Assembly (NCBI GenBank): GCA_964016885.1
Contig: OZ024741.1
Coordinates: 38,254,001-38,318,000 of the forward strand
Direction of reading: 5' to 3'
Origin: Eledone cirrhosa
Taxonomy: Eukaryota
Length of the DNA stretch: 64,000 nucleotides
Of this stretch, positions 48,552-61,280 are shown piece by piece. Position numbers and translations under genes: made by a program. Positions within the stretch are counted from its first letter, which is position 1, and each line of letters opens with the position of its first letter. Below the pieces are notes generated by a model, which saw only the letters and a list, made by a program, of their open reading frames with translations, searched no databases and was not told the origin of the DNA.

Positions 48552-51500
48552 AATAAAATTAAAAATAAAAGCAAAAACAAAAACCATAACCTACATAAAA
48601 ATAACCACTACCACAGTCACCAACAGTCTTCTAAACAGGAAACTTCTTCCTCTTTTTTAGCCATAATGAATCTGGCAAAAGAACTGGAAAAAAACATTCG
48701 AGCTATCACCCAGCACCACCCTCCACTATCACCCCACTGCACAAACTCCCATTGCTGCCATTAACAAACAAACAAATTAACAACACACCAAAACAATTAA
48801 AACCATCCACTCTCGCCTCTACATTTTTGCTTAACGCCCAAGGCATCAGCCCTTCCACCAATACTCAAAAATGGAAGATCAAATTCCTGGAGGACTGGAT
48901 TGATGTCCATCCAAACCACATCCCTTTCTTCGTCCTCACTGAAACCCATCTCAGTAACCTCCACGTGGAAGCCGAGGTGAAAGTGAAAAATTTCAAAGCC
49001 ATCCGTGCTGATCGCGCTGGCAGAAGAAAGGGCGGAACTGCCATTTATGTCCATAATTCTTTCTCAACAGAGGCTATGAACATATTCACTAATGGATACT
49101 GTGAGGCAGTCACTGTATTCAGTCAAACCAACAACCTATTAGTAGTTGGGCTCTATAGGCCACCCCAAACGCCTGTACCATGCTTCAAGGAATGCCTCAA
49201 CAGCATAAAGTGTTTCATCCAAGAGTGTCACCCTGACAACATCTTAATGATGGGGGACTTCAACCTCCCCGGAGTTGACTGGTCCACAAACACCCTGCCA
49301 CCAGGTTCTTCTGCCTCAACCTCTGACAGGGAAGCTGTGGAATCGCTTCTTGACTTCATGGATGATTTCTTCCTATCCCAACTAGTGCTCGAACCAACGA
49401 GGTGCCACAAAAACGTCCTAGACTTAATTTTCAGCAATCACACTGACAATATCCACAATATTGCAGTGGAGAAAACTCTACTCTCTGATCATGACATGGT
49501 TCTCTGTGATCTGAGATTCCACCGTCCAATATACAAACCCAATGTCATCTCTCCTGTCCATCCGTTTGACGCTATGGATTTCCACAATGCAAACTGGGAA
49601 GCGATCAGTCATGATCTTGCACATGTCGACTGGTCCTTCACGCACACTCATACACCCACTAACATCAAAAAGTCCTGGCAGACATTTGTGGACACTGTTA
49701 CAAACATATGTGCTAAACACACCCCATTAAGAACTATAAACAAATCTAAGAGCAGAATCCCTAGAAATAGAAAAACGCTCATCAGAAAAATTAAGAGAAC
49801 GAACAAAAAAATCAACAAGCTGAAATACTGTCAGCAGCAACACATCAACTTGACTGCCATTTCATCACTAGAGATTAAAAAACATAACCTCCAAAACAAC
49901 ATAATGTCCCTCATCAACAATCAGAGAAGAGCTGAAGAGGCCTGGGCCATTGAGAAGATCAAACTCAATCCCAAAGTGTTCTTTTCATTTGCAAAAAAAC
50001 ACAAAATCACTGGCTCTACTGTTGGCCCTCTAATTGATGAAAATGGCACTCTTCAAGACAATGCTAAAACCATGGGTGAGATACTGCAGAAACAATACTG
50101 CTCTGTTTTCAGCAATCCTGATATGGCCGATCTGGGCTGTATCGGCGATGTTGCTCCCCATTACACCTTATCGGACATAACGTTTGGCGCCCCTGATGTC
50201 TTGGCGGCAATAAAGGAAATCAAGCATAATTCAGCAGTAGGTCCCGATAGGTTCCCTGCTTGTGTCTTGAAGGCGTGTCAACACCAACTTGCTTCTCCTC
50301 TTGCCAATCTGTGGCGGAACTCACTGGATGCTGGATATGTGCCAGAAAACCTTCTATCCCAGTCTGTTGTCCCAGTTTTCAAAAAGGGAAACAAATCCCT
50401 TGCCGTGAATTACCGTCCAATCTCACTCACCTCTCATATCATTAAGGTATTTGAGCGAGTGGTGAGATCGCGAATGACCCACTTCCTTGAGAGTAACAAT
50501 ATGCTGAACTCCAACCAGCATGGATTCCGTAATGGAAGGAATTGCCTGACGCAGCTACTGCATCACTTTGATGACATTTTGAGAGCCTTGGGAGAGGGTT
50601 CCAACACTGATGTTATCTACCTTGATTTCAGCAAGGCCTTTGACAGGGTTGATCATAACATTCTACTGCGAAAGCTGTCCAATATTGGTGTCACTGGAAA
50701 GCTGCTGCAGTGGATCAAGAGCTTCCTGTCAAACAGAACCCAACATGTTGTAGTTGAGGGAGTCAAATCAAGCCCAGCCAAAGTCAGTAGTGGGGTCCCA
50801 CAAGGCACTGTGTTGGGCCCACTTCTCTTCATCATCTATATTAATGACATCACTGACATCATCAAACACAGCAACATTAAAATTTTCGCTGATGATTCCA
50901 AGCTCCAAAAGGTCATCAATGGCGTGGATGACCGGATAAGCCTTCAGTCAGACCTACTGGCTGTTACCCAATGGGCAGAAAAGAACAACATGTTACTGAA
51001 CGAAGACAAATTCGAACTGATCCACTTTGGAAAAGAGGATGCTCTGAAACTCCCGTACTCCCTTCCCTCCGGGGAAACTCTCGTGGCATCTAACAACATC
51101 AGAGACTTGGGAGTAACCGTGGACAGCAACATAAGCTGGACCACGCATATAAGCAGCAAAGTTGACATGGCCCGCAGAATGTGTTCCTGGATCCTCAGAA
51201 CCTTCCAGTCGAGAGATTCCCGCACCATTATCCTTCTCTTCTCTACTTTCGCCCGACCACACCTTGAATACTGTTGTCCACTGTGGTCTCCCCACACGAA
51301 ACAAAGTATCATGAAACTTGAAGCTCCTCAAAGGGCAATCACGAAAAAGATAGATGGCATGTCAGACCTTGACTACTGGGGTCGATTAGAAAACCTGAAA
51401 CTTTACTCACTCCAACGTCGCCGTGAGCGTTATATTATCTGCATGATGTGGAAAATGTTCCATCATCACTGCCCAAATGATGTTGGCATCGCCTTCAAGA

Positions 51501-51865
51501 TACACCCAAGGCTTGGGCCCCGTGCTATCCGTCCCATTCAAAAATCTAAATCGCAACTCATAACAACAATACGGCACAATTATTTCACCTCAATCGGCCC
51601 TGCTCTCTTCAACATCACACCAGGACACGTCAAAACAGAAACTGACCACACAAAATTCAAGAAGTCTTTGGACAAATTCCTCCAAGTAATCCCGGACAAA
51701 CCACCCACACCCGGATATGTCTCCGCAAACAGTAATTCTCTTCTCGAATGGGCCATGGTGCCCAAATCCTGAATTGAAAGACTTCGCCAGGTGGTGCTAT
51801 TAAGTTAGACATGGCCTGGGCCAATACTGGCCAAAACATTTCAAAGTTATTCAAAGTTCAAAGTT
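48552..51865 (+). mobile_element. CR1-group LINE, 5'-truncated in ORF1, with (TTCAAAG)-type 3' tail
   Basis: Putative ORF1 C-terminal frame 48552-48764; ORF2; short 3' UTR; ttcaaag x3 at 51840-51865. Confidence 0.9.
48752..51772 (+). CDS. LINE ORF2: apurinic-type endonuclease + reverse transcriptase (intact; frame open from 48635)
   Basis: LNAQGI, LTETHL, GGTAIYV, LYRPP, GDFNLP, LDLIF, SDH; NYRPISLTS, QHGFR, YLDFSKAFDRV, SGVPQGTVLGP, FADD, LYSLQRRRER. Confidence 0.95.
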   Translation: MLPLTNKQINNTPKQLKPSTLASTFLLNAQGISPSTNTQKWKIKFLEDWIDVHPNHIPFFVLTETHLSNLHVEAEVKVKNFKAIRADRAGRRKGGTAIYVHNSFSTEAMNIFTNGYCEAVTVFSQTNNLLVVGLYRPPQTPVPCFKECLNSIKCFIQECHPDNILMMGDFNLPGVDWSTNTLPPGSSASTSDREAVESLLDFMDDFFLSQLVLEPTRCHKNVLDLIFSNHTDNIHNIAVEKTLLSDHDMVLCDLRFHRPIYKPNVISPVHPFDAMDFHNANWEAISHDLAHVDWSFTHTHTPTNIKKSWQTFVDTVTNICAKHTPLRTINKSKSRIPRNRKTLIRKIKRTNKKINKLKYCQQQHINLTAISSLEIKKHNLQNNIMSLINNQRRAEEAWAIEKIKLNPKVFFSFAKKHKITGSTVGPLIDENGTLQDNAKTMGEILQKQYCSVFSNPDMADLGCIGDVAPHYTLSDITFGAPDVLAAIKEIKHNSAVGPDRFPACVLKACQHQLASPLANLWRNSLDAGYVPENLLSQSVVPVFKKGNKSLAVNYRPISLTSHIIKVFERVVRSRMTHFLESNNMLNSNQHGFRNGRNCLTQLLHHFDDILRALGEGSNTDVIYLDFSKAFDRVDHNILLRKLSNIGVTGKLLQWIKSFLSNRTQHVVVEGVKSSPAKVSSGVPQGTVLGPLLFIIYINDITDIIKHSNIKIFADDSKLQKVINGVDDRISLQSDLLAVTQWAEKNNMLLNEDKFELIHFGKEDALKLPYSLPSGETLVASNNIRDLGVTVDSNISWTTHISSKVDMARRMCSWILRTFQSRDSRTIILLFSTFARPHLEYCCPLWSPHTKQSIMKLEAPQRAITKKIDGMSDLDYWGRLENLKLYSLQRRRERYIICMMWKMFHHHCPNDVGIAFKIHPRLGPRAIRPIQKSKSQLITTIRHNYFTSIGPALFNITPGHVKTETDHTKFKKSLDKFLQVIPDKPPTPGYVSANSNSLLEWAMVPKS

Positions 51866-53401
<1,536 letters not shown>

Positions 53402-53990
53402 GACTAACTCCGGTACTAGACTAGTACGTTATCGACCTCGGAAGGATGAAAGACAAAGTTGATTTGAACTCAGAACGCAGAGAGAAAGAAAGAATACTGC
53501 GATTCAAACGAATCTGTTAAGTCATTGCTTAATTTTTCGTTTAAGAAGAAACCAAAATTATAAAATACATTTTCCTTTGCTTTATAAATCCAATAATTAC
53601 TTATGCAATTGTTATACAATATCAAATATTAAATCTTTTACTTATATGAATAGATTGAAAATATATTAAAGCGAACCTAAATTATAGCATAGCAAAACAA
53701 ATTGTATTAACAATATTAAACTTAAGAGGATGGTTGATAGTTATAATTTTATCAAAACAGTGGAAACAGTGCACCCCCCCCCCCCCCAAGTATCAAACGT
53801 GACCATGTTCTCAGGATAAACATACTTATAGGGCGTTTGGCGGGAAACTAGATTTCAATTGCCACTCTATTTTCCCTGACTCGATACTTATATCTCGATA
53901 CTTGTAATTCTAGCAGCAGGCACGATAATCTGTGTATCGTGAGCTGGGGAAGCGAAATTTATAAACAATTAAAATTCAGTCTTAAGGGGT

Positions 53991-56150
53991 TTTGAAATAT
54001 ATAAAACTAGCTGTCAAGTTAAGCCCATTCTGAGAGAAGCGATCACCAATTAGACTGAGTTAGAAGTCGTTTACTGTAAACAAATGACGTATTAAATAGC
54101 ATAACCATAAATAAGGTGTGTGAGGTCGTAGTCCTGTGGTGTCTGGGATGTTCCATTAAGTAGTGAGACTGGACGTGGGGGGAGAATAGCATTCATGTAT
54201 GCAGAAAATATTTTGAATTCTGCTCATCACATCCTCCCGGGGTTTTGAAATTCGTTCTCCTGGCACGGCGTGATTGTGTTTCTTGTATTAGTTTGGACCT
54301 TCGTAGCTGAATAGTTGCTGGAGCAGGTGAATCTGGTCCATCATTTCCATGGGCTTCAGCTATTTGCTCTGTTTCGTGTTTTACGGGCGGATCGGAGAAG
54401 TCTTGAACTATCGAACTTTTGGAATACGAAATTTCTTCGTTTGACTGAATCGTTGAACTGCCACTTGGGCCAGGACCTTCGACAGATGTTTCGAATGCAT
54501 AAGCCTCACCTGGAATTTCTTCTGTTGGTACATCGAAGTGTATATGATCATAAAGCCTTCTGTGTTCGCCTCCATCTTCTGAATCAAACCTTCGATTTAC
54601 CAACCTTCTCCGATACGATACCTTTCCCTGGTCGCATATCGTTACACTTGAAGGAATGAACGTCTGACAATGCAATGTTTCGAGGTTTGAATGTAAGATA
54701 CGATTTTTAAACAATTTCGCTGGCCTCCCGTGGGTTGTTGCACGAACAGCATTTCGGTATTGAGGCAGAAAGTTGCCAATACATTTTTCGAGAGTTTCCA
54801 TGATACTACCGTAGTAATTTCGGGTTTCAGGACGAAGATCAACTCACTGAACTGGAAGCAGCTGCGTCAAAGATTCTCGGACTCATCTGGTGGAGGATCC
54901 ATATTCGATTATCACGATCACAAATCAGCACAGGTTATATTTTTGCCCTTTCTATAAACGATACATTTGAAAGCTCCAAGTATAACAGCCGAACTTTGCA
55001 CAATAGCGGTCGAACTCTTTGTCGACGACTTCTATAAACTCGAGCTATGTGCCCTGACTTATGGCATTTTCTGCAAATAGCGTTACGAAATTTACACTCT
55101 CGTCTTAGATGTCTATCGCCACCAGAATAACAAGAATTGAACGAACCACTTCCTTTGTTTGTCTGTTTCGAGTTGCCTTGTCCAGTCTCTTTTTCCTTTG
55201 ATATCTGACCTCACGATCGATTCTTCTGGAATAGGACGGCTTGTACGCTGACAATTTTTCCGCACATCCTCAGCCTTCTCGCAGACCGTATGCAAGTCAT
55301 GGAATGCCGGATTTTCCAAGAGAAGTAGTTTGCTTTTAAATCCGGCAATGAGACGATCCTGAAGCTCCATGTCTAGTTGGTCTCCGAATTCACACAGGAT
55401 TCCCTAGTGTTGTAATTTCAAGATGAATTAACGGAATGACTCGGATTCACCCCGCACCAATGAGTTGAATTTCCCCCTCTCAGTTGCTTAACACTTTTCC
55501 TGTTTGAAATGGTTACAAAGAGCTGCCTGTATTTCTGTTAAGGACGCTGGCTTGAAATCCTTCAGATAGATCAATGTCTTCATCAGTGAAAATGCTTCCT
55601 TTCCAATTGCAGTTAGGAAAGAACCGATGATAGCCTTTTCTGATAGATTTTCCCTTGCCTCTACCACAAAATTGAAACGATCTAAGTAGACCTGAACTTC
55701 TTCAGCAGTCGAGGAAATATCTAAGAATTCGATCCTTCAGTTAATTTGAACGGCTGTAGAAATAATTGTTGAAGTAAGGAATAATTAACAGCAGTAATAG
55801 AAGGCTCAAAGAAGATTGAACTCTTGAATTTCATTAGGGATTCCTTCACTCTTCGTCGCCAGTTCAAATGAGTAAAACTAGGTGTCGAGTTAAGTCCGTC
55901 CTGAGAGAGGCGGCCGCCAATAAGACTGTCTGGGTCAGAAGTCGTTTACAGTGAACAAAAGGCGTATTAAATAGTATAACCGTAAATGGTTATACTAATG
56001 GGGGTTAAGTTGCAGTTTTGTGACTGTGTTTTGTCAGACATGCAGGTGTATTAAGATGTATCTGGGATGTTCCATTATGTTGTGAGAATGGATACAAGGG
56101 GTGGGTGGCACTCCTGTGTCCAGATAATGTTTTGGATTCAGTACATTACA
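53991..56150 (-). mobile_element. Internally deleted, decayed Gypsy-type LTR retrotransposon
   Basis: Diverged LTRs at about 55862-56150 and 53991-54231, both starting TGT on the minus strand; PBS TGGCGACGAAG at 55861-55851; purine tract before the 3' LTR; gag-like LQDRLIAG and integrase-like QYRNAVRATTHGRPAKLF remnants. Confidence 0.8.
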
Positions 56151-56554
56151 AGAATGTTTCAAGAAAAGATTATGTCGGGTTTAAAACTCCTGCTACAAGA
56201 CAAATCATATTTGACAAGTGTTGATAAGAGGCTTGTATAGTTGTTTAAAGTTAGCAACTACATCGGGAGTGAATGTTTACAGCACAGTAATGTATCCTCA
56301 TTTTGACAAATAATCGCGTTATTATATTCCATATGTATAATTTAACAGCAGTATCTTGAAAATACTAAGTAAACAAAGCCAAAAGATTATAAATGAGACA
56401 TCGTCTGATTTAGAAAGGTAAAGTTAACCTCAGCGGGACGTAAAGGGACGTAACTCTGCTGCAAAGCAGAGTGTTCGACGCTTTACCGATATGCTAATAA
56501 TGATAATAATTCGTCGCTATACTTTTCATTAAAAAATTCTTCTTCTTCTTCTTC

Positions 56555-56590
<36 letters not shown>

Positions 56591-56592
56591 AC

Positions 56593-57095
56593 AGAGTCCT
56601 CAAACATTCCTCCCAGTGGATCCTGTCAGAACCAACCATCTCCAAATGATCCAGCTGGATCTCTAAGCGAGACCGGCCGAGCTGACGGATGTTATCCAAC
56701 CATCTTGCTCGGGGTCAACTCCTGGGTCTCCTGCCGGTTGGTTATGTCCGTAAAATCTGACCAGCGATTCTTTCCCAAGATATTTTAACCACATGCTCAT
56801 AGTATCGGAACTGTGATCTCTCAATTCAGAGAAGTAGCTGCTCCACCTGGTGTGTCTCTGATTTCCAAGCTATGCACTCTGGCGAGAAACGTTACACCAA
56901 AGACCCTTCGAATGAACACCATTTTGGCGGCCTATACTCGCCATCGTATTCTGTCGGTCATTACCCAAGATTCATGACCATAGGTAAGGCTTGGCAGGAG
57001 TACCGAATTAAGGATAGCGAGTTTGGCTTTTACACCTACCCTTCGTATGATTACCGAATGCTGAAGCTGGTGCATTACTGCACCAGTTCCTGCAA
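56593..57095 (-). mobile_element. RTE-clade LINE 3' remnant
   Basis: Reverse complement gives GRRPRS*PRARWLDNIRQL...DRIHWEECLR, a typical RTE C-terminus. Confidence 0.6.
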
Positions 57096-57207
57096 AAATT
57101 AAGAAATAAAATAGAATAGAAAAAAATGTTTACAGTTTACAAAACAAGAACACTTGAATATACATTGAGCATTAACAAACGGGTCACAAATAATTTATTT
57201 TCTCAAT

Positions 57208-57374
57208 TTTACGGCGTACTTGGACCCCGTACTGCTGAGCTCCTCTACACGATCGGAATGTTAGCAGCCCGTCTGAGGAAGGAGCCCCGCGAGGTGGGGT
57301 GGCTGTTGCAGCGAGTGTCTCCGGTCATTCCCCGCGGTAACACTTTTGCCGTTCTGTCCGCTGGGCGCGGCTAA
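57208..57374 (+). mobile_element. CRE-clade non-LTR 3' remnant
   Basis: GVLGPRT...REVGWLLQRVSPVIPRGNTFAVLSAG. Confidence 0.65.
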
Positions 57375-57700
57375 GGTACTGCTCAGACCGGAGTGTAGGG
57401 TCTGTTCCTGCTCCTCTCCCTTTCTCGTGTTGCCTGATTATTATTTATTTCCCTCCTTTGAAATTTCGCTTTTTTTTTTAATTCACTAATCTAAATTTAA
57501 ATTTCATAATGTTATTCAGTGTAACCATTTCATTACCATATTTACAAGGTTCAACGCCATTGCAGTCATTATTGATTACACTGATCTGACACTGACTGTT
57601 GGTTACTGGTTCTGACAGCGGACATTGTACCGGCTGTATTTTACTGACTTTGAGAGACAGATAGAGTGGGGAGAGAAAACTGGAGAAGGAAGAGAAAACT

Positions 57701-57765
<65 letters not shown>

Positions 57766-58032
57766 GCGAGGGGGGGGGGGGGGTAAGTGTGATAGAGAGA
57801 AAGCAAGAGAAAATGAATGAGTGTTGGTAAGAAAGAAAAGGAGCAAAAATACTATTTCATGCATCGATCGAAGAAGGATATAATTTTGCTACCTAGAATG
57901 TAGATATTTAGTAAGAAACTGTAAAATAAATTAAGTAAAAAAAAAAAAATCAAAACAATATTAACAGGCAAGGACGCCTAGTTGTGCTAGAAAGTATCGA
58001 TCATGCACTATATATATATATATATATATATA

Positions 58033-58245
58033 TGAATGTATATATAGTATATTTGGCAATACACTGTATGCTTAATTAAAAGCATTTTGAAGACCTTGCG
58101 CTATTATTTTAAAGTAGTGACTATGTCACTTCTTTTTTCAACAAACAAAAGGAGATAAGCTGACAGATCTGTTTCATACTGTTGGTAATCATCAGAGCTT
58201 AGCACTCGCTTTGTCTGTTGAAAATTATAAATGTTGGATTCTTAT
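58033..58245 (-). repeat. Third, partial copy of the 320-nt hammerhead monomer (ribozyme at 58157-58200)
   Basis: Reverse complement aagct-CTGATGA-ttac-caaca-gtat-GAAA-cagatctg-TC-agctt. Confidence 0.8.
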
Positions 58246-58320
58246 GCGCGGGTTCTGGGGGTGGGGGGTGGGGGGTGTTAGTATTATTAGTTGTAGAGTA
58301 ACTAAATGAACTATCTTTAC

Positions 58321-58934
58321 TAAATGAACACTGGCGAGAGCTTCAAGATAGTAAAGAATCATCTGTACTCCACCAACATGCTAAAATAGAACATAAGGGT
58401 AAATTAGAGAACATAGAAATAAAAATAGAATCTACACACAGAAAAGACGCAATGTTTAGACAAATCACAGAGGTAATAAACATAAATGAACTCCAACCAA
58501 AATTAAATAGAAAACATGAATGGAATAGCAACATCACAACTTACAATTAAGGACAAAATGAAAACACACACACACACATAGAACAAACAACCAACCAGTA
58601 ACATGAAAATAAACAAATAAACAAATAAAAAAACACACAGACACCCGGATGTAACACATGCGCAAACTAAGCACACAACACACACAAAAACAAGATGGCG
58701 TAGGACAGAACAAGGGAGAGGCACAAAAACAAAGAAAAGAATCCCCAGTCACTGAAGAGGTCACAGAATGTGTGACGAAAGAACTTTGACAATATATGAA
58801 CAATCGTCTGGTTGTGGAACCAACCAACCAACCGGAAATTCATAAATTCTTAAATTTATGAATTTAATTTATAATAAATTGGAGTGAAAGCAACTGGTGC
58901 GTGTGTTTCTTATTGGCAACATGACCCTCCCAAA

Positions 58935-58935
<1 letters not shown>
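58321..58935 (+). mobile_element. 5'-truncated copy of the 43.8-kb Penelope family (GIY-YIG C-terminus + pLTR; hammerhead at 58747-58790)
   Basis: High similarity to 45843-46550 (NEHWRELQDSKESSVLHQHAK...). Confidence 0.9.
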
Positions 58936-59016
<81 letters not shown>

Positions 59017-59300
59017 TTATAAAATGAAATATATAAAACTATAAATTAGTTAAACATACAGAAAAAGAAAGCAGAATTGGAAAGGACTATACATGCCATA
59101 AATGAGAGAAAGGTGCGGGGGAGCAAGGACTATTAGGCAAAGGAAAAAAGAAAGGGGGAAGGAGAGCAGGTGACAGATTCTACGTCGTTATCACCATCAT
59201 ATGATAACTCTGTTATCACTATGATATCAAACATTATCTAAAATATACTATATTTTAGTATAATCCCACACACACACACATACATACATACATACATACA

Positions 59301-61280
59301 TGATGGCTGCCCCCTCGTTATCGAGTATGGCCATTGGACGATACATCATTATTAAAAATTATTAATTAATTCTATCGTGCAATGCCTGTGCGTGAAGATA
59401 TTTTTTAAAGTGAGGAAAGACTGTGCACTGAGCCAATCCCACTCTCTGAGCGACAGTAGCTGAAACTCGAAAAGAAGAAAAGATCAACATTATCGGTAAC
59501 TACTGAGCCGCAGGTTTTATACCGGAGTTAACCCAGTTTCCTGAGATGCCTTCTCCTAGAAGAATGCCCTGACAAAGGCTAGGGGTCCTTCACTCCCAGT
59601 GCTTTAACCGCGCGATCAGGTGTCCAGCCCGACTATTTCAATGTCCCCGCGCATATACATACACATGCACCCATGTATGTACACATATACATACATATGT
59701 ACATGACATACATACATACATACATACATACATACATACATACATACATACATACATACATACATACATTCATGCATACATACACACACAAATACATACA
59801 TACATACATACATACATACATACATACATACATACATACATACATACATACATACATGTTAGTAACTGCCTCAATACAAATCTTGAGAAGCTGAGCTTCA
59901 CAGGAACAGAAAGAACACAGCTAGTTAGGAAATTACAAGTAAATCCGTTAATGGAACAGTAAAAATATGTGAAACATTCCAAAAGTTTTGCATCTAATAA
60001 CTGCATATGCACATGTACAGATACAAAGCGTATACACATGTATACATACAACTCAAAACATCCACATCCACACATACAATAACATCCATACCTACACATG
60101 TATGCATGTAGACATGCATACATATATACCTAGTTAATGTTGTGTAAATTCCAATGAGAGAGTCTTGTAACTATGTTAGAAACCGACTCTCTATTTGAAA
60201 AAAAATTTGTGAAATTATAAAACCAGAATAACATACATACATACATACATACATACATGGTGGCTGCCAACTCGTTTTCGAGTACGGCCACCACTTTATA
60301 TCCATGTAGGAGAACCCCTACCGATGCGCTGAACGAGTGTGACTTTTTAGTCCAGCCAGCGACTTGAAAACTCTGGTACAAACACTACACTTGTGACAGT
60401 TATTGATACATAGTGCTGGGCCCATGGTACCATGTGACGACAAGTGCAGAGAGATCTACAAATATAAAACAATGCCTGTGCCGTGAAGCTTTTATAGTGA
60501 TCAAAGGCACTGTACAAAGCCAGTCCCACTCTCTTAACCAAGATGATATTTACCAAAAAGAAGAACAAGTCAACATCATTGGATACCATCAGGGTTGCAG
60601 GTGTTATATCAGAGTTTTCCTTCTCCTAGAATTCTGCCTTGACAATGGCTAAGGGGTCATCTCTACCAGTGATTTTGGATGGCCATTGACTCTTAAGAGC
60701 TCCTTTGCCCTTTGACAGGTTTTGTTTTTAGTCCTGCAGGATGTCTAAAGTCACCCTCCTCACCAAGAAACCTTGGTGGGGTTGCCAGTTTAGTCGCCAA
60801 CGACCCGATCATGGGACAGGTTGTACTGGAATACATGTTACCAGTAGCACCAACTGGTGACCTGACACACATACATACATACATACATACATACATACAT
60901 ACATACATACATACATACATACATACATACATACATACATACATACATACATGATGATGGTTACTACTCGATTTCGAGTAATACCATTGCTTGATACTTA
61001 AGCATGCGCATGACGGACACGGCATTTTGGTCCTGCTAGGGACTTGCAACGCTATGCATTACAAAAAATGCCACATATCAAGCAATGCCTCTGCTTGAAG
61101 CTTTTTTAAGTGAGGAAAGGCTTTGCACGGGGCCAATCCCACTATCTGAACATAGAATGCATTCGCCCCAAAAGTAGAACTGGTCGACATCATTGGATAC
61201 AAATGAAGTCGCAGGTTTTATATCAGAGTGACGTTCTCCTAGAGAGAGATCTTACTGAAGACTAGGAGTCTCTCGCTCCA
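59301..61280 (-). mobile_element. Cluster of three related repeats embedded in (TACA)n (59301-59652, 60257-60866, 60951-61280)
   Basis: Shared caatgcctgtgc.tgaag, gcca.tcccactctct and ttctcctaga motifs; each starts right after a (TACA)n tract. Confidence 0.7.
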
